64,000 nt of DNA. Origin: Alphaproteobacteria bacterium. GTDB lineage: Bacteria > Pseudomonadota > Alphaproteobacteria > SHVP01. Every line of letters starts with the position of its first letter. Within the stretch, counting starts at the first letter, position 1. The notes under the pieces are model-generated. The model saw only the letters and a list, made by a program, of their open reading frames with translations. It had not been told where the DNA came from and made no database searches. Made by a program: the position numbers and the translations under genes. Of this stretch, positions 62,466-64,000 are shown piece after piece. Location of the stretch: the NCBI GenBank assembly GCA_038121105.1, contig JAYONB010000008.1:15823-79822 (forward strand), written 5' to 3'.

Positions 62466-64000
62466 ATGTCGCGCCTTTCGGCATTGGCAGCGCTGATCAC
62501 GACTACGAATAAAAGGCGGTCGTTTGCCGCCCGTTCTTTTTTGCCCCAATGGCGCGCGGGTCTTGTGGGGTTGGCAGTGGCCTTGATGTCCGCAGGCCTA
62601 ATCCCGATCGCTGGCGCCTCGGCGCAGGTTTCCCGAGAGATACGCACGAGCCTCGATGCGCGCGGCCTAGGGCGGGATGTTCTCGGCATCATTCCCAATA
62701 CGGTGTTCGATGGGGGTGCCGAGCCGCCACGAGGGACTACCCCATGGTTTCTGCGGCAGGTCGCAAATCCTGGACGCTTTCTAGATGATCCCGTTGGGCG
62801 GTTTGAGCGCGCGTTTCATCAGGCCGGTTGGCCCGTTGCCCTTCAAGAATCCGCGGGCGCGGCGACGTACCCAACTTCTGTAAGTGCCGCGACAGCACAC
62901 TTCGTGCGGGCAACGCACGCCTCTCTCGCCAGATGGAGGGAAGCCATCGGCGGTTTTCAAGCAGCGAGCGGCGTTGGTCGACGAGAGTTGCGCTTGCAGC
63001 TCGGCGCGGGCGACATCGCCCACGATACGGTGTCCGCGGGGCTCGATGCCGGTCTGGGCGATGCGGCGGCCCGACTCGGTCGGCCCACCCTTCGCTTGCT
63101 CAAGAGTTTGATGGCGGCAAATTCGGGCGAACCCGTCCTCGTTCCACGAGGTGTCAGACATATCGTGGGCTCGGCCGGCGCAGATATCCATAGACCGACC
63201 TCGCGTGGCGGGGTCACCCTGATCACCGATCCAGGGGGCGACGACCACTACGACTTTACGGCGCTTGGCGCGGGCGCGGTCCTGATCGTTGTCGATGAGA
63301 CCGGCGCGGACACCTATGCAGGATCAGGCGGAACGTTGTCCGTGTTGGTTGTCGTGGATCGTGCGGGACATGATCGGTGGGGCGCCGACGGGATGGGACC
63401 GTCGTCGGCGTTTGGGGGCGTGGCGGCGATCGCCGACCTTGGCGGCAACGACATCTACGACGGCGCATTCTTCGCCCAAGCCGCCGCCGCATTGGGTCAG
63501 GCTGTTTTGTTCGATGCCCAGGGAGACGATCTTTACCGTGTTCGGGGTATGGGCCAGGCGTTTGCGGCAACCGGCGGTGCGGCTGTTTTGGTAGACGGTG
63601 GTGGCAACGATTCATACCAAGCGAACGGCGCGGATGATGCTTTCGACCGCGGTGGTCGGATCAGCAAAGCACAGGGCGTGGGTTTCGGCAGTCGGCAGGG
63701 GGTCGCAGGAGGCATTGCCGCACTCGTCGATCTCGCCGGAGACGACACCTATCGGGCCGAGTTGTTCGCGCAGGGCCATGGCTTTTTTTTCGGCATGGGC
63801 TTGTTGCTCGACCAAGCAGGAAATGATCGATACCAGGCTGCGCGTTATGCCCAGGGCGCGGCGGCCCATGTCGGCATCGGGGTTCTCGTCGATCGAGCCG
63901 GGAATGACACTTACGACGCCGAAGTAGGCGTCGCGCAGGGGATGGGGCTCGACCGGTCGATCGGTCTATTGCGCGACGCGGGGGGCGATGACCGGTATGT
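62466..64000 (+). CDS. secreted repeat protein of unassigned family (3' end outside window); NOT present in the supplied ORF track
   Basis: I translated it by hand: ATG 62466, then 511 sense codons with no stop to the window edge. The N-terminus is MSRLSALAALITTTNKRRSFAARSFLPQWRAGLVGLAVALMSAGLIPIAGASA/QV (signal-peptide-like). The third-position GC bias matches neighbouring genes. Confidence 0.7.
   Translation, partial: MSRLSALAALITTTNKRRSFAARSFLPQWRAGLVGLAVALMSAGLIPIAGASAQVSREIRTSLDARGLGRDVLGIIPNTVFDGGAEPPRGTTPWFLRQVANPGRFLDDPVGRFERAFHQAGWPVALQESAGAATYPTSVSAATAHFVRATHASLARWREAIGGFQAASGVGRRELRLQLGAGDIAHDTVSAGLDAGLGDAAARLGRPTLRLLKSLMAANSGEPVLVPRGVRHIVGSAGADIHRPTSRGGVTLITDPGGDDHYDFTALGAGAVLIVVDETGADTYAGSGGTLSVLVVVDRAGHDRWGADGMGPSSAFGGVAAIADLGGNDIYDGAFFAQAAAALGQAVLFDAQGDDLYRVRGMGQAFAATGGAAVLVDGGGNDSYQANGADDAFDRGGRISKAQGVGFGSRQGVAGGIAALVDLAGDDTYRAELFAQGHGFFFGMGLLLDQAGNDRYQAARYAQGAAAHVGIGVLVDRAGNDTYDAEVGVAQGMGLDRSIGLLRDAGGDDRY
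63228..64000 (+). repeat. intragenic tandem repeats (21-28 aa units) with the core motif D-x-x-G-x-D-x-Y
   Basis: Motif Asp codons at 63228 (DPGGDDHY), 63294 (DETGADTY), 63357 (DRAGHDRW), 63435 (DLGGNDIY), 63513 (DAQGDDLY), 63594 (DGGGNDSY), 63729 (DLAGDDTY), 63810 (DQAGNDRY), 63891 (DRAGNDTY) and 63975 (DAGGDDRY). Confidence 0.8.

Noticed and set aside
1-64000. CRISPR arrays, rRNA genes, IS elements, and large direct or inverted DNA repeats.
   Set aside because: I saw none on visual inspection of the intergenic regions. The only periodic signal is the intragenic protein repeat at 63228-64000. A computational repeat scan would be needed to exclude dispersed short repeats.

Overview
This is a 64-kb chromosomal segment of about 60% GC that looks alphaproteobacterial. 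The markers are GAAC-N7-GAAC SOS boxes, an imuA-imuB-dnaE2 cassette, a DUF1476 zeta-inhibitor gene between purC and purB, and a DUF1194 gene. All calls come from reading the ORF translations and the DNA by eye; no database search was possible. I call about 58 CDS, 2 tRNAs (Val-CAC on the minus strand, Leu-TAA on the plus strand), two sigma70-like promoters, one LexA operator and three intrinsic terminators. Many starts in the supplied track are over-extended, and I trimmed them to conserved N-termini, SD sequences or coupled start/stop overlaps. Most of the window is housekeeping: pyrimidine, purine, NAD and amino-sugar metabolism, cysS, rpsD, map, grxD/bolA and a LIV-type ABC transporter. I saw no rRNA, CRISPR array, transposase, integrase or phage genes. 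Four items are most worth a second look. (1) A LysR-flanked, translationally coupled three-gene operon at 54164-56617 encodes a 6-7-TM membrane domain fused to a NadD/NMNAT-like nucleotidyltransferase, a GNAT, and an isochorismatase/nicotinamidase-family hydrolase with Glu in place of the catalytic Asp. (2) A 511+ codon ORF (62466 to the window end) is absent from the supplied track and encodes a signal-peptide protein with at least 10 tandem D-x-x-G-x-D-x-Y units. (3) A vapBC-type toxin-antitoxin pair is wedged between imuB and dnaE2 by overlapping start/stop codons, so it would be transcribed from the LexA-controlled promoter. (4) That promoter carries a three-half-site GAAC operator. Lesser observations: a TPR/2OG-oxygenase fusion heading a minus-strand gene string that ends in dinB; a MoxR/VWA pair coupled to an aminotransferase; an ECF sigma/anti-sigma/Tat-lipoprotein ferritin-like module; tandem oxidoreductase paralogues; and four convergent gene pairs with abutting or overlapping stop codons.
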